From Marsupella aquatica (Eukaryota > Plantae > Marchantiophyta), in NCBI GenBank assembly GCA_973895155.1, contig OZ316893.1:2192420-2256419 (forward strand): DNA of 64,000 bases, read 5' to 3'. Each line of letters opens with the position of its first letter. The stretch's first letter is position 1. The notes under the pieces are model-generated. The model saw only the letters and a program-made list of their open reading frames with translations. It searched no databases and had not been told where the DNA came from. This document shows, one piece after another, positions 1 to 15,140 of the stretch. The position numbers were made by a program, and so were the translations under genes.

Positions 1-3000
1 AGTCCATGTACACGGCCCACCCCAACTCAACTTTGCCCCTCATCCACCCACCCACTAGGGACCCTTTATTGCATGCAGTTTGATTTACCCTAAGAAATTG
101 CACCTTGCAGTATTTTAATATCACCTCGTGCGACACGAATTGTTCAGTGGTGAGGCCATGATTGGAAGCCGCCAGGAGCCTTTCTAAATATTCCCACTGA
201 AACCTCCGTGAGAGATAAACATATTTAACTTTTACGTTTGGGAACCATCACCTCTAAAACCATTATGACCGGATCGAGACGTCCAAAGGCTGCTGCCACT
301 AAAATAATGTGAGGTTATAGTAACGCCAACGTCCTGCGCAGTATTCACTTCCGTTGGATAAAAACATTCCTTGTGCACGATAAAATTAGTCATTAATAGT
401 TCCTCTATAATGTGCCTGACTTTGTTTGTCAACGAGGAACAAGATTGCATGATTTGCATGATTTGTGATAGCATGGCAAAAATATACAGTGTTCACCGAT
501 ATCAGTGTTTGGGTTTGTCCATTACCGACTGGAAGTAGTGTTTGAAGCTCATTTTAAGTAACAATAATTGAGGCTTGTGGCATTTAGTGTTACAGCAGCA
601 TTAGTGTTAGTCAGCCCAGTATAACCAATTAGGGAGAACAGTGTTAGTAGTTTTTTCTTAAGGTCACTACCACTAAACCCACATAAGCTTTACTGAGTTA
701 CATCACGGACTAATAGTGCACATAACACTAGATACAATCCAGCCATAACTCGAGCCCAGCAGCATGAAACCCCATAAACCTCACACCAAAAAGGATAGGG
801 TAAACGCAGAGTCACACATGAAATTGCTAATAATGATTGAAATCCAGTAGTTTAGCCTTCAACATAGTATCTAGAATACTGTATGGCATCAGCAAACCCT
901 TACTATAACAAAGCAATCAGAGGTATTCTTCTTCCTGTGAATAGTCGGGCCTAGAGGAACCTAACTCCACAGGTGCTAAAATTGAATTGTAGCGAGTTTT
1001 ATTGTTCCCTCTCCATTGTAGCTAGCTAGTAGCTTTTTGCAATTGTGCTTGACCTGTGCTTTAAATAAAGATCATATCATTTGAAAGAGAAATAGCAGGC
1101 AATAGAGATTGAGCACAAAAAGGAGGAAAGGAACTCAGACAGACCAAAGAAAACCTTGAGTACAATTAAAACACTCCTCAGCAAGCTATTTCCCTTGTGA
1201 GTTGTCTGCCATTTCACGCACCCTTGCAATAGTATTATTTATGGGATTAGGTCTACGTCAAGGGTTGTCACTAGATTTGCAAGATAGACATGGATATCTC
1301 AAATGGATCAACCCTCTGATGACGTTGGGGCAGTAATGCCTACTAACTAGCTAGTAGAGATCTAGGCTAGATAGCTCCTAAAGTTTGTTAGTACCAGAGT
1401 AGGGTAAGGCGGGTTCATCCATAAGGATCATCGGCACATATAATGCCTCTCCCATCAGAGATATATATGACACTCCCAAAGAAGAAAAGTACCAATGGGA
1501 GACCAAATCAAAGGGAAAAAGCAAGGGAGAACCAAGGACCAAAGAGCAAAAAACACCTTGAGAGGCTCACACAATGGCCAAGGAACTAAAGCCCAGGTCT
1601 ACTCAGCAGTAAACTAAAATACCTGCTATTGTTCCCCAGCAAACCAATTGGACCCCTGAATCAATGTTACCTGTCAAACTAAGCAGACACACTGTCAGAT
1701 GTGCTTCTTGTCCAACAAGGGGTCCAACATTTAATAACTTCTCAAATTTTTGTCATACCATTGTTAGGAATTGACTGAACTTCCCGAACATAGTTAGTTG
1801 GGCCTAGTATGGTTAGTTAACCCTTGATTAACTTGAGGATTAGGTTAGCGTAAGATCCGCTTACTTTTAGGCCCACACATCTTAGCTCCCCTTGGGGGGT
1901 ATAGGTTGGAGGGAGAACATTCTCTTCCTCATTTTTTACATGTACTCTCATATGCTATGGAACTTTCAAGAGTTTCTCCACTTTGATGTCTCATTGGTGT
2001 AACATATGATCCAGTGTGCTCTCAAGTTTTGCATTTGCTAGCTAGTCTGTGCCTACAATTTCTCACAAACATCCCTTGGCTTTAGGGTATTTTTCATTCC
2101 AAAGTCACTGCAAAGATAATAGACATGATCTAGCAATTGAGGAGCACCTTCTATGAATTATTCATGATTGGACAAGTGTGCATATGGGAAGCAAATTGGA
2201 AGTTATCTCCGCTCCTCTCTTTCCACAAACACATGTAAGAATGCAAGATGCTTCAAAGCAATGCATTGAACCGAGCATTGAACAGAACAAAAAATATGAA
2301 TTATTTCTAAAAAACATCATTTGTCTGTACAAGCATCTTGCATTCTTACATATGTTCTCCTGGATCTCATCAAGGTGGAGATTGATCATAAGGTCTTCAT
2401 GCTGCAATACAAGGAGGTGCTCCAATCATGAAGGTGGCTCTTGCACCTTAGCAGTAGGAGGAGCAAATTGTGGATGATGAGGAACAAATTGTTGTTGTTG
2501 CGCCTCAAATTTAACCAAAGTAGATCAAAACCTTCAACTCAACGGTCTTCTAATTGTTCTATTTGAGGTCCTGAAGAGTATGGAAAATGGGCTGACTCAT
2601 CATAGTTGAAAGATAATGATATTTTTCCTTATAATGATGGTAATGCATTGATTTTGAAGGAAGGGTCACCTTCTCCATATAAGAGATGAGTGATTCAAGG
2701 GTGACAAAGATATAGTCATTGATGGGAGTATAATAAAACTTTTAGGGCTACCATCTTCCCCCTGAACACACAGCCTGGGCGATGTGTTCAAATCTGGTAA
2801 AACTGGGGAGTTGTGACAAAAGAAATGTTTGTAGCCCAACAGAGCGCCGGGACGCTGTGTTTGAAGTTGAATTTGTGTTTGACAGTTTTGGAATGGTGTT
2901 GTACCAGAGTCCGAACCCCCAGACTCGCCCCCAGAACAGTATGGGCCCCCCAAAACCACGACCCAAGCCTCAAAGTTGTGTTGGCAGCTGGTTTTCAGAC

Positions 3001-3240
3001 TGTACCTCCGGCTCAATGTGAAGACGAGGTCCCCTTTGTGTAAGCAATGTCATATGTGGAGGAATCATCAACTACTCTGGACATGGTGCCGCTCTCATTT
3101 CTTTACAACAGGATTCTTTAGCTTGGTTGTGCAGCGTTTGGATTCATTGGACAGTATGAATGTTATCCACGAGATTACCAATGGCTCACCTTTGATTTTG
3201 TTGAGCAAATACCAGAGAGAAGTGATTCCCGTGTTCTAAG

Positions 3241-3777
3241 GAGATAGTTAATCTCATCAGTTATCATTCACTTCTATTAGTAAACCTGACATCAGCTGCC
3301 ACCTCATCTCAATGAGGCCTCCAAGTTGCAGTGCAAAAAAACTGAGAAAAAAAATTGATTTTTTTTCAAAATTTTATTTTTTTTTCAAAATTTGAGGGCT
3401 TTTCTTTTGGGGGGATTCTCGGGGGATTCTTTTTCACTATGGGCGTCTGTACGGTATGGACACCCCATCTTGAGGTCAGCCAAGATGGGCAGGTGGCCAT
3501 CTAGTACAAACGCAAAAGAATTCCAATTTTTCCAATTTGTGTTCTTCAAATTTTCCATTTTTGTTTTTGGTTTTGGTTTTTCTGGGTCCGTATGCCCATC
3601 TCAGTGAGGTCAACCTCAGCTGCCCAACTGAGATGCGTGGAGATGCAAAGGCCCCATTTCAGCTACTCAGCTGAGATTCAGAAAAAAATTGAGAGGCTGA
3701 TATTCGTTATCAGTCACTTCCATCAGTCGATGTGATATAAACAATAGTCACTAATAACTGATGATGTTGTGTACCCC
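3241..3777. mobile_element. Non-autonomous Mutator-like element (MULE-MITE)
   Basis: 9-bp direct repeat TGTTCTAAG on both sides (3232-3240, 3778-3786). The ends align without gaps as imperfect TIRs (GAGATAGTTAATCTCATCAGTTAT vs revcomp GGGGTACACAACATCATCAGTTAT). No ORF. A 9-bp TSD with G-starting TIRs is typical of Mutator. Confidence 0.7.
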
Positions 3778-5029
3778 TGTTCTAAGTTTAGTAGTTCTGA
3801 GAATTGGAGTTGACTCGTATGCCAGACCTTTTGGAAAGACTCCAGTAATGACTTGTTTTATGGATTGCTGAGAGAAGTCCTATCAAGTCAAATTGGAATT
3901 TTGTACAGAAGTTTTCAGCAAAAAAATCCTAGCTGACTTTGTTCACTTCTCAATTAGCAATCTCGATTGGAAATTTTTGTTGACTGGGTCTTTGAGTTGA
4001 GCTTTTAGTGACTAACAGTCTGTAGTTTATACGTAGCTCTGTACATTTGTTGGTTAAAAAAACTGTACAGATTTAGATATGAGGCCATCCATGACAGACA
4101 TATATGCACTGGAGTGTCAGTAAAGTGAATGGTGCTAGAGCTCTCCACAAGTTACTAATTAAGGCCTCCTGAATAAGCAAATGATGGATTATTGTTCTCA
4201 TATCTACAATTTACTCAATCAATCAGCAATTGCACAAGTGTTCCCACTAATTGTCTGCAATGGATGGATATATGTATACAAGGCGGGATCAAAGGACTAG
4301 AACTGCAATCCCAAAGGATCGTGATAGATGGTGTCAATTCTCGTGCCAATTACTTAGCTCAAAAAACTATTTTAGACTTGGAAAGTGAGACAGGATGTGT
4401 CTTTAGAATTCTAAAGTCTGGCCATGTTTCATATCTTGGTACTGTATGCAAAATTGTGGAGGACCCTGTCAAGACGGTTCATTTAGCACAAACAGACAAA
4501 ATTTACTTCTGCGTTGAAGGGTTGATGTAGTGTTTGCAGAGAATGTTTGTTAGGGGAATTCACCATTGGGTGTGTTCCTTGCATCACTAGATCTCATAAT
4601 GGTAGACTTGGTACTTACAATTTGTAAGGTCTTCTTTTGTATATGACAGTTTATTTCCCTTGACTGTGTAGTTTCAGTGTTTAATAAAGTTACCTACACA
4701 TTCCCAACACTTCTCTCTAAAACATCAATTGTATGCGTATCATTCTTGCTTACACCCTAAATCATCTCATAATGCCACAACTTGAATAGAGCGGCAAAAC
4801 TTGAACACAATGCCAATGTTCAAAGACAACGCTGCAAGTGAAAAAATCCAAAACAAAGCTTCAAACCCAAACACATTGTTTGGGGTGCTGTATTTGAATG
4901 GAGCGTCCCCTGGCCCACTATTTGAATATAGGACGATGGTGCTGTGTTGGGGGAAGACGGTAGTCATGCAACTATCAACTATTTGATAGCAAGTCAATTT
5001 TTAAGCTAAATCTAAGATAATAATACAGA

Positions 5030-5600
5030 TTTCTAGCTTACGCTGGACTTGTTGCCAGGCCAAGGATTCATACAAAGGGAAGGTGTAGATTATAATGAGG
5101 TTTTCAAGCCTACTGTTAAGTAGTCAACAACACAACTATTTTGTGCACTTCTTGCGGAGTTGTCAAAACTTTACTCTATGGTACTTTGGAAAAAGTAATC
5201 TTTATGAAATAAGCACTTGGTTCTGCGAAGAAACACCAAGAGCATTTGATTTGGAGACCATCAAGGTAGATTGCTTCCTTGTATGAATTAAAGCAATCTC
5301 CCAAGATAGTGGAATTAATGGTTTACTATCTTATTTTTTGCATTATAATCTAACAGGGCATGTTTGATCCTTGTGTCTATTTGAAGCCTTTGAATAATGG
5401 CATCTATGCCACTATTATTCTATTATTAATTTGATGACATTATTATTGCAACAATAATAAAATGAGCAAGAAAATGAAGACATTTTGTTGGGCATTACTA
5501 GGCACAAAGTTTTAAATGAATAACAGAGGCCCAACAAAGAGGAGAGGATTTGGGGATGGAGATCACAAGGGACTTTAAGAATGATGAACAATTATATATC
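5030..5600 (+). pseudogene. Decayed Ty1/copia reverse transcriptase fragment
   Basis: Frameshifted motifs in canonical order: GFIQREGVDYNEVF (~5064-5105), LYELKQSP (~5279; consensus LYGLKQSP), FDPCVY (~5363), LGMEITRD (~5551). Confidence 0.85.
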
Positions 5601-5652
5601 AAATCCAAGGAAGATGCATGGGAGACAATGACAAAAGTGGGTTCTTAGGTAT

Positions 5653-7590
5653 TTTTTTTAAAGGGTAGCAGTGCGTCCGTTTATTCCAGAGGCCACCGTG
5701 GCAAAGACCAGCAGGGCACAAAAAAACAACAAACGCAGAGGGCCAATGCACGCAAGTACCACACTTAAAGGGGCAAATCCACCCAAAGAAAACACCCTAA
5801 ACACTACCACCCCACACAAAGGATGACATGCAAAAACAAGGGCTGCCCACCCAACAGAAGGCAAGAGCCCTGAAATAAAGCACCTCACAAAAGAGGAGTT
5901 GGCTGTCCCCTAGGCAACAGCAAGTCCCCAAAAAAAAGGATCAAAGGGGGAGCATGGTCATCGCATCTCCCGGTCAATCATAGTAATGATGTCACTGAGT
6001 GTTTGACTTAGCCATCGAGCCTTTTGTACACTGGTAGTACATTGAAGTGTAGCGTGAACAGTTACTGCAGCTCCATGGAGAATGAGATGCAATGGTAACC
6101 GAGCAGAGTTAGCTCAAAAAGTGCATTGGCAACGCTCCAACCATTTGCTACAAATCATCGTGTGAATAAGAAGAAGGAAACCAGGGTTGCATTTTTGGGA
6201 CCTAATCGCAGTATCAAGCTTGCCAAAGAAAGAGCAGCCTGCAGCCTTGCCTAGACTAGTGCCCACGGCTGTGTGCCCAAGTTGCATCCATCATGCCATG
6301 GGTAAAGCTGACAGCAATCATAGAACATATGTTCAACTGTTTCACTGGCCTCTTTACACGCAGTGCACAGTCCATCACTCTCGTCCCATTTAAGAGCACG
6401 AGAGTTCAAGGAAAACCCAGCGTGAAGCACCTTCCAAAAATCTAGCTTAACACTAGGAGAGGATAAACCTGTCCATCGATGGATCCACCTACTCCTCCAT
6501 ATCACATGTGAATCAAGAGAGACCCAACGGCAATTGAGTTGTGTAATGGGAGGCATAGGCTGTTGCAAGATGGTGGCCCAGGTTTTAGTGGGAAGATTCC
6601 ACCCTTTTTTAACTCCCGTCTGCCATGTCCACGTCCACCCATCAGAGTTACGCAAAAGCCCTTCTATGAACGCCTTGGAGCTGTTCAATAAAGCAAGGAG
6701 ATATGGGAGCAGTTGCAAGGTCAGGCCGAAGTGATGAAGCCCAGCCTGAATCTGGTCGATAGTTTTCCAGCCCTGGCCATGGGTGACAAGATCCGCCGCT
6801 GTGTGGATTTGCCGAGTAGTCAAAAAAAATTACAGTCCCGCAGCTCCTGCTCTGTGGCATTCAGGGAACTCTTCAATACAAGAAAAGTTGGTCAATTGAG
6901 AGATAAGTGGGGATTTTGCCATCACTAGGATGAAAGTCAAGATTGCAGTGAGTAGACTCCCCACCCCGCGCCCTAAGCATGGAATAATAGTAGGAGCAGA
7001 AAAAAATTTCAGACAAGGAGAGAGGAGGAGGAGATCACTAGGATCCCAAAATTCCCGCTCCTTTTTAAATGGGCCTTTCCTAGCAGTGAAATTGAGCAAG
7101 AACCACGACATGTCCACCCCTGCAGTATCAAACCCAGTGAGAAGCTTGGTGAGGTTCCTCATGTTACACGCTTGAGATTGCAGCTCAAACGGTCGAAGAG
7201 CTAGCCACCCTTCATCATAAGGGCAGGAGATAGCGTCTCAAGCAAAAAGAGCTTTTTTTGTTGGCACCATCGAGAGTTTGGCCCCACAAGAAAATATGAC
7301 ATATCTTTCAAGTTGCTTATACCTGGCTAGTCTTTTGATTATTAAGCAACATGAGATGATACACAGGAATAGGACGGAGGACATGCTTCAACAGGACCAG
7401 ATGACCAGCCTGTGAGAGTGTCCAATTGGTCCAATGCTGTAGATGATTTCTGACCTTGCCCATGAGAAACTCAGTCTCCTGTGCGGGTCAAAGGCCAGTT
7501 CCAATGGGACAGCCCAGGTAGGTAATAAGCTCCCCCTTCCTAGCAATGCAAGAACCAGAGCGCTCAATCCATTCAGGACTCTCAGAATTA
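5653..7590 (-). mobile_element. 5'-truncated LINE (L1-type; post-RT region, zf-RVT, 3' UTR, poly-A)
   Basis: TSD TCTTAGGTAT at 5643-5652 and 7591-7600, with a poly-T run at the left end. Minus-strand motifs include YLGCPIG, LSQAGHLVLLKHVL and the zf-RVT FWKVLHAGF...CTACKEASETVEHMFYDC. Disrupted by frameshifts and stops. Confidence 0.88.
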
Positions 7591-10153
7591 TCTTAGGTAT
7601 GTTAATAGTACCATTGATTATGTCTTTTATTCAGTGCAAACAATGTCAAATCATTGACAGACTATGTAGATTTTGACTATGAACAAAATCAAGATCAAAG
7701 AACATTGACAAGTTTTTTGCATATATGGTGTCCACTCTGTTGTCCATCGCCTGGTTTATAGGAAGATGTAAGGCTCTACCTATCACAATGAAGATTCACA
7801 TTCACGTGTGACAATCCTATTAATATCCATGATAAGCTTGTCCAACCAATTTTTTCTCTTGGCTATTTGTGGTGCTAGAACATATTCAAATCCTATAGTA
7901 CATAGATCTATGCACTTCTACAAGATACTCCTCCAACTTATGCACTCATTACCAAGCGTGCATAAGGGTAGATTTATTCTTGAAAATTGAATGTTTAAGA
8001 ACAACACGATAGTTTTTTATAGGCTCTCAAAAAGAATAAAGGGTACTGGGAGTGTGTGTTTACAAAGGCTTGGGGCCAAGGCTCTTGTGTTGACTACTTG
8101 TGTGTTTATTGAATATTACATACCTGCATGTTACCACTACAGTTCTTTTACTCAATATATTTGCCTATTATGTGGTCACTTTCAAGTGTTCAGCTTTTAA
8201 GTACACTACTGTAGCCCTTGACTACCCATCCTTGAACGGGGAGAGAGAGTGAGATAGGACAAAAAAGTACATTGCACAAAAAAATGTTGCTGGCTGTTTT
8301 CCCTTTGGGTTTTGTGAGTTAGAATAAAGTCAGGGTCTAAAGGGTTCACTGTAGACCGAAGGCCTTAAAAGTAGCTTCCGTTTCATGAATTATTAGTAAG
8401 ATTGTCATTGTAAAAGTGTTGAAATTGACAGTCTTACCACTGTTCTTATTGATTCACATCTATCCTCCACTTTTTGTATATGGTTACCTTGGTAAAGTTG
8501 GTGAACTTGTCCGAGAACTTGTCATTCACATATGAAAACCATGATATATTCCTAAAATACAATATAAACAATGACATTATTGACAATAAATTGGAACATG
8601 CAATTGGAACATGCATCTTTAGTGTCAAAGTACTTAAATAAAAGCTGTTCAGTGGTTGTGGTTATGAAGTGCCATAATAATTGTCACCAACCTTGGGTAG
8701 CCATTGTCTTGGCCATTGTGCAAACCTTGGCCTTTTTGTGAATGGGAACCCCAATGACCCAAAAGGACATAAAAAATGGAAAAGCCCACTAAAGGGGTCT
8801 GGGGCAAGGCCTTTTGATTACTGGTGGCATGATTGACTGAACAACATAAATTCATGAGATAGAAACTCGTAGTTGCAAAATGGCATACTTGGGTAGGGTA
8901 GTCAAGAAGAATATTGCACATCCAAGACAATATGCCCCACGGACATATAACTTTGCTAACTATATTCTCTTTCATCACGAACCTATTTTATAATGCAATG
9001 AAGAAAATAGTGTTGCTAAATTTTGTGGTTACTTTGTAAATTTTTCTTTTACTCCATGATACTTTGTTGGAATTTTCTGTAAACTTTTTAAATTAACTTT
9101 TTCCCTTAAAATGATTAAAACTACTAGTAGCCCCCAAATTTATCTTCACTATGAGGCTGCCCAATATTTTGTACTGGTTTAGACTATAATAACCCCAGAG
9201 GGTATGCAATTGGTCAAGGACATATGGAGGCCTACTATTTGCTATGTGCTAGACCTTCTAGACCTTCTACCCATACCTTGACTATGGACCAAGTTGTGCC
9301 ATTCAACTATCACCAGAACCTCATCAGGACTTGGCTGTAGGCTGCCCACGAGCAAAAAGTTAGTGTTTTGGTATCCCTCATTTCCCTTACCTTTATAGTT
9401 GGAGGGCTTTGCTTCGAAAACTATGAGTGTCCATATGCTCCCAAAAGATAGGGGTCAGTCTAGTTTGATTCAACCAACTGGTCAACTGGATAATCCAACT
9501 AGTGTAGGCAGGTGAATAATTTTCACTAGTTTGGGACAGGAAAAATCATATTCTAGGAAATTGATCCTATTAAAATAACAAGTCCAATATTAGAGGTCAA
9601 TTATAACAAGAATTATATTAGAGTTCAATCAATCTTTATGAAAAAATAGTTGAAACTGTTTTTATCAATTATTATTTAATTTTAAGGAACATTATTTTAT
9701 TACTGAAAAACAAATTTAATTGATATGGTTCCCAGAAGTAAACTTGGATCTACAAAGGGGAAAAACAACCATTGAAATACGATGCAACCTGTGTACGTCT
9801 TTACAGTAGAGTACACCTAACTTATAGGTATAGTACATTGTACTCTACAATATACGGTTTATCAGGCGGCCCACGTGCGCGTGACTGGCGGAGTAATAAT
9901 ACGAATTCTCCGTATGTATAGTTGGATTGGTGTACGGTACAGCTGTACGAGAAAGGTATGGATACGATGCTGCAAAGCGCAATAATCATCATAAGGGGGA
10001 ATTAACAACACTATACAAATATTAGTATCCTTATTTTCGTGCACGGAAAATTGACACTTAAATTTAGAAAGTGAAGCCCACCACTCTCCCACCACGTTGG
10101 ACACAATGCTCAAGTGACTTGCATTTTGCTGGTACATGAGAGTTTTGGGATAT

Positions 10154-11409
10154 TTATTTTTATTTTAAAGGAAGGGGAGAAAATACAACACCCCCGGGAT
10201 GAAAGCCGCCTAGGGAGGAAAAAGCACAACCAACACCTAATCAGGCCATGGGAACCGGAGGAGCCACCGAGCGGTGCTGACCTTTGGGCCCCAGTAACAC
10301 TCAGTACTCTTCTTATTTCTATGCTATCTATGGTTGGAGTCACTCTTCAGAGAGCAGGCTGTCTTGTTCTCCTTGGACACACGGTTCCTGCTGATCAGCC
10401 CCAGGTGGTGCTGATTAGTGCGCCAGGAGGGAATCCTCTTACAAATACATCTGGTCATGCCCCCGCCCCCCCCCCATCATCATGAGGGTGGACAGCCTGC
10501 GTGTCACCAAACCAGGAAGGTTTGAAATCTCATTCATCATCGTTGTTTTGGTTCATAGGATCGGGCCCCTGCATGACACGGTTCGGCTCTGTCCAGCGAT
10601 CCGTCACATTAATATAGTTGAAGAACAAATGTTCAGTGTGTTCAAAACAAGTCTTACACCTGAAGCACAGTCCATGCTGCCCCTACCACTGGTGAGAAAT
10701 CCATGGTTAAGCAACCTTCAAGTAAACAACCGCACCTTCGGCATGATCCAGCCCCCTCACAGCTACTTCCATAGTATGTGCTGCTCAGTAGTTCTCAGTT
10801 GCCCCCATCTTCTGTTCAGTTTGGTGAAGTCTAGTGGACTAGAGGAAGTAGGGCAGTTAGCCCAGACTTTGTTAGGGAAGGTCCCAAGCGTGAGGACTGG
10901 CTCTTTGCATATCAGCCTCTCAATAGGCATTTCAGAGTAGGAGATCCATTGATGATCAGCTCGCCACTCAGGAGATGAGCCTCATTCTGGGTCCACCATC
11001 TTCTCTCCTTTTTCCAGGGGCCATTCTTGGGACCCTTAACAATGATCTCCTAAGCCATCTGTACTAGCCATTTGCAATTCTCACCAGTGATGAGCATAGA
11101 GATGTGTCGCATCTTCTCGGCTTGGGTCTGTTCAGCAAAGGATAGCAGCCCCAACCCCCTCTCTTTGGGTGCTGCAATATCCTTCCAGGCAATTGAGGCT
11201 TTCTTGTGTCCCTTGGATCATGGCGATTGTCCTTACAGAAACTGTCTGCAAATCTTCTCGAGCTATAGGTATCCTCAGATTCCTATAGGTATCCTCCTAT
11301 AGCCTCAGATTTTATGACCCTCATAACATGCCTTGGATGGATAGATCGGCCGGCCATATATTGAGAGGCAGCGGTTGGTCCTATCCGGGGTCCTATCCAA
11401 GAAAATATT
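10154..11409 (-). mobile_element. 5'-truncated LINE (zf-RVT remnant)
   Basis: TSD GTTTTGGGATAT at 10142-10153 and 11410-11421, with a T-rich tail at the left end. Minus strand reads WIMPKVRLFT*RLLNHGFLT...LCFRCKTCFEHTEHLFFN with disablements. Confidence 0.85.
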
Positions 11410-13919
11410 GTTTTGGGATATAGTGTACATCATGACTAACCTAACCAAGTGCAAATAAGGTTAGGCCCAACTATCATTGTAGTCATAACTCTAGACTTAA
11501 GAGTAAATGCCTAACACAATTCACAACATAATTATATATAAAGATCATAATGCAAAGGTACCAAAAGGCTCAAATGGGAGAGATGAACTCATAGGCTGAA
11601 TACCAAATAAAGGAGGAAACAAAAGGGAGATCATGTACACACACTAAGATTAGTTAAGAATGGAAATGGACTTGCTTGCATTTTTTGGAAACTAAGCCTG
11701 GACAAAACACATTTCAGAAAAACTTGGATAGACCATGATTGCAATCGGACATAATATTTTAGAATGCTAGTTGGAACTCAAATAGTATATTTACTTTGGA
11801 TAAATGATCACAAGAGCATTGGAGTTGCATGGTTTCACACAAACAAGCAAAACAAACCTATAAACCAACTGATTTTAATACTTTGGCTTGGGATTGTTTT
11901 GAAGAATCTGGCTTTAATTAAGATGAGCAACAACATTAAATTTGAAATGAATAGTTTATGCAATCACTCTTTGGGCTAGCTTGGTTGAATCCATTAAGAC
12001 TGAGATAGCTTGTTGGGATCTCAACATTAGTGTTCAGGAGTTGGAGACCGGAGAGAGAGGAGAAGACGGTCCATACAACAGCTTCAGAGCTTGCAAGGCT
12101 ACGGAAAATGTATTGAATTGGACATAGTGATTTTTTCTCTTGGCAGTGGATGTAGCCCAGACGGGGTGAAACACATATCTCTGTGTAACTTTTCTGTTGT
12201 ATATTGGTTCTATGTGACCATGTAACCAATTGTGACCATGTAGCCAATTACTTCAGCTAGGCAAAAATGACAATAACTCTGTAACCAAGCCACCATAGAC
12301 TGTGGATTCACATGGAGGGTCAATATTTGGTTACGGTGTTCAACTACTTTCTCAGTCAGGTTCCAGATCCTTGCTTGATGAGTTGAGGGAGTCACACTTT
12401 TCCTTCTTTATGTATGGTGAAATGTGGGCTGTTCAATAGTAAAATTGCTCATAGTTACCTTTCCACTTGCTTATCCTATATAGCATTCAGTTTGCCCCTT
12501 GTTTTGGATTGGTGGAGTCAAGCTTTGACAAAAGTTTCAGACCACTAGTAGAGGTTGAACTTTCTTTGCCATTGTGATATAAGTCTGTTAAATTAACTGA
12601 GGACCCACCATGAATATTTTGGACTGGTTTGGCTTTACAGATTAAGACAGCCCATTCCCACAGGCTTGTTGGAAAGGCCTCCTTATTGCATCAGTTCTCA
12701 ACTACAGTAATTTATGTCGCAATGTGGGGGTGAAGGAAAGAGAAGAGAAACCCCGTCAAACAGAGGAGGCCACTCAATTAGCTCACAAAGGCAAGTAAGG
12801 GAAACCTTAATGTTATTGCACAAATTAAAAGACAATTTAATGCCTTGAGTGGAAACCAAATTCTGGGAAACTAGTGGGTCAAGGTCATGGGGAAAAAAGT
12901 TATGAAGCAGCAAATTCATGATTCATGAGCACTTGTTGTGGAAATAATCATATATGACCATGACCACAAGTCAGTGTAGAGGCTAGTGGAAAACAACTTT
13001 TACAAACTCTGACAAAATATACGGCCACTGATTTATGGCCAAAAGCTTCACTTACAACAATGAATGTTACCCCAAACTATTTTAATTAGTAAGTTGCCTG
13101 CATGGTTTCATGTTAGAGCACATTCCCCTTTCCTTTCCCCCCTTTGTTGGCTTTTCTGCCTTTGGGGTCGTACCTCACAGTTTGACATTTTTGTTCTTGG
13201 GCATTGTGATATAATCATATCTTTGAGTTGTTTATGAAACATTTATGACATTGCTGTATGGAAAACCATGGTAACCTTCTTTTTTCCCTTTTTATTCTAG
13301 CATAAATTAGAGTTTTAATGTGATTTTAAGGTAAGACATTCATCAAAATAATTAGCCTGGGTATGATTTTCAAACCAAAAAAGAAACCATTACTTTTAAT
13401 TTTTTGCCCTTAAAGGAAACGTAAGTTTGTACATTTAAGCCAAATCCCAACAATGGCAAAAGAACATTTTTGAATACAAAACTTGTAACTAAACCGACCT
13501 AGTACATGTGAAATTACAGCAGTTTTTACACCCTGCATATGACAAATGACTCTAATTTTTCCAACTTGATACTTTCCATGGTGAGAGGCAACCAGGTACC
13601 ATTTAATCACATAAATCTTTCCAATGAAAAGCTGTTTTCAGCAATGGCGGATTTTGTTCTGTAAGAGAACACATGCATAAGCAGAACACAGTCAAGGATA
13701 TGAACCCTGAACTGTCCAGAGAACTATACAGTCTTCCAAGCAAAGGTATGCCTGGGCCCTCCTCTAAAACATTGAGGGCTGCAAACAAAGTGTTATGAAC
13801 TGAATGAATGGGATGACTGTTGGAGTCTCCACCGACCCGAAGTAGAGAGAACTGAACCAAACATTAATGTGTGCGGTCACTCTCAAAATCCATATCAGAA
13901 ATCAATCATTGATATCAGT

Positions 13920-14170
13920 TTAGCTCAGCGTCCTTGCCGAGGGCATACATCCCTCCAGTGGCCTTGCTGAGTCCCTTCGGTGACCTCTCCAAAGTCCTTC
14001 AAACAATAATGGGTTCAGCACTCTAAATCCAAAACTAAAAAACGTTGCTAAGTCACTTCAGCGGTGTTGCTGAGTCACTTTGGGGGCCATTTTGTGACCC
14101 TTGTCAAGTCCTTGAAAAAATGATGGCTTCAATACTCTAAGTCCGCAACTCGGCTTGAGTCACTTCCAAT
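13920..14170. repeat. Degenerate short tandem repeats (TTGCTGAGTCACTT-like motif)
   Basis: The motif T(T/C)GCT(G/A)AGTC(A/C)CTT recurs about 5 times, together with CTCTAA(A/G)TCC spacers. Confidence 0.5.
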
Positions 14171-14899
14171 CCTATTTACAACCACTGATATCTTCCATTG
14201 ATACCTGATATCTGTGGGGCGTACCTGATACGGTTGCAACACTCCCAAATTCCTGGGATGTAAGAGTCAAGATAGCCATTGCTAGTCTGTGAATCAGGAG
14301 AACTGGATCTTCTTTTGTACAATTTAAATTGCATTCATCTTTATTCCCAAAAGCTTGATCGTCGATTGAACTATGATTAGCCCAATGCAGTAGACATGGG
14401 AAACCAGATATGAATGCTAGATAGCAAGAGTAGAGGTCATTCAGGCTGAAAGAGAAGCACCACCAAGAATACCAATGCCAAAGAGGCAGCACCGGACCAA
14501 GCAGGGCCAAGCTGGAGATACTACAAGCAACACTGAAACCAAAATGAGCTCCCAAAAGGCCAGAAGGAGCATTGAGCCAACCACCAACAGCTAGCAAAAC
14601 AAGCACAAGGAGCCAAGGCTGAAACAAAGACAGCCAAATGAACCTGAAACATCAGAAAGATCAAGAAAATGATCTAAACACACATTTGAAACAGAGCTAA
14701 AACTAGCCAAAATAGTGAAGCACACAGTGAAAAAACAAGCGCCACAAGAGCAGAGCATTGAGAGAGAGCAAGCTGCAACCAAGGGCAGAAAAATGACAGC
14801 ACAGCACAGAAGAACCAAAAAAGTGAGAGCACAGGCATCAAGCACTAGCAGCCCAGCCTAAACTGGTAGCCACCACCCAAGCATCAAAGAGATATAGCA

Positions 14900-15140
14900 G
14901 CTCAGCCCTTAGAACTCCATTTGAACAGCAATGAGCCCCTAGCAGTCTATCAAGACAGCAGTTTATCAATTAAGCATGGCAGGTAAAGCAATGAGCCCCC
15001 CTCCATTCAAGCACAGCAGGTAAAGCAACGAGCCCCCTCCATTTGATGACTCAGTTCAGCCCCCAGCACTCCATTTCAACAGCAACAAGCTCTCCCAGCA
15101 GCGGCCCCAGCAGGTTGACCCCCCCCCCCCATCCAAGCAC
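14900..15140. repeat. Degenerate tandem repeats (GCAATGAGCCCC...CTCCATT)
   Basis: GCAGGTAAAGCAA(T/C)GAGCCCCCTCCATT occurs twice and related units recur about 5 times. Confidence 0.55.

Noticed and set aside
1230-4600. Possible LTR/gag remnants
   Set aside because: The sequence looks TE-like but has no diagnostic motifs, termini or TSD that I could fix, apart from the MULE-MITE reported separately.
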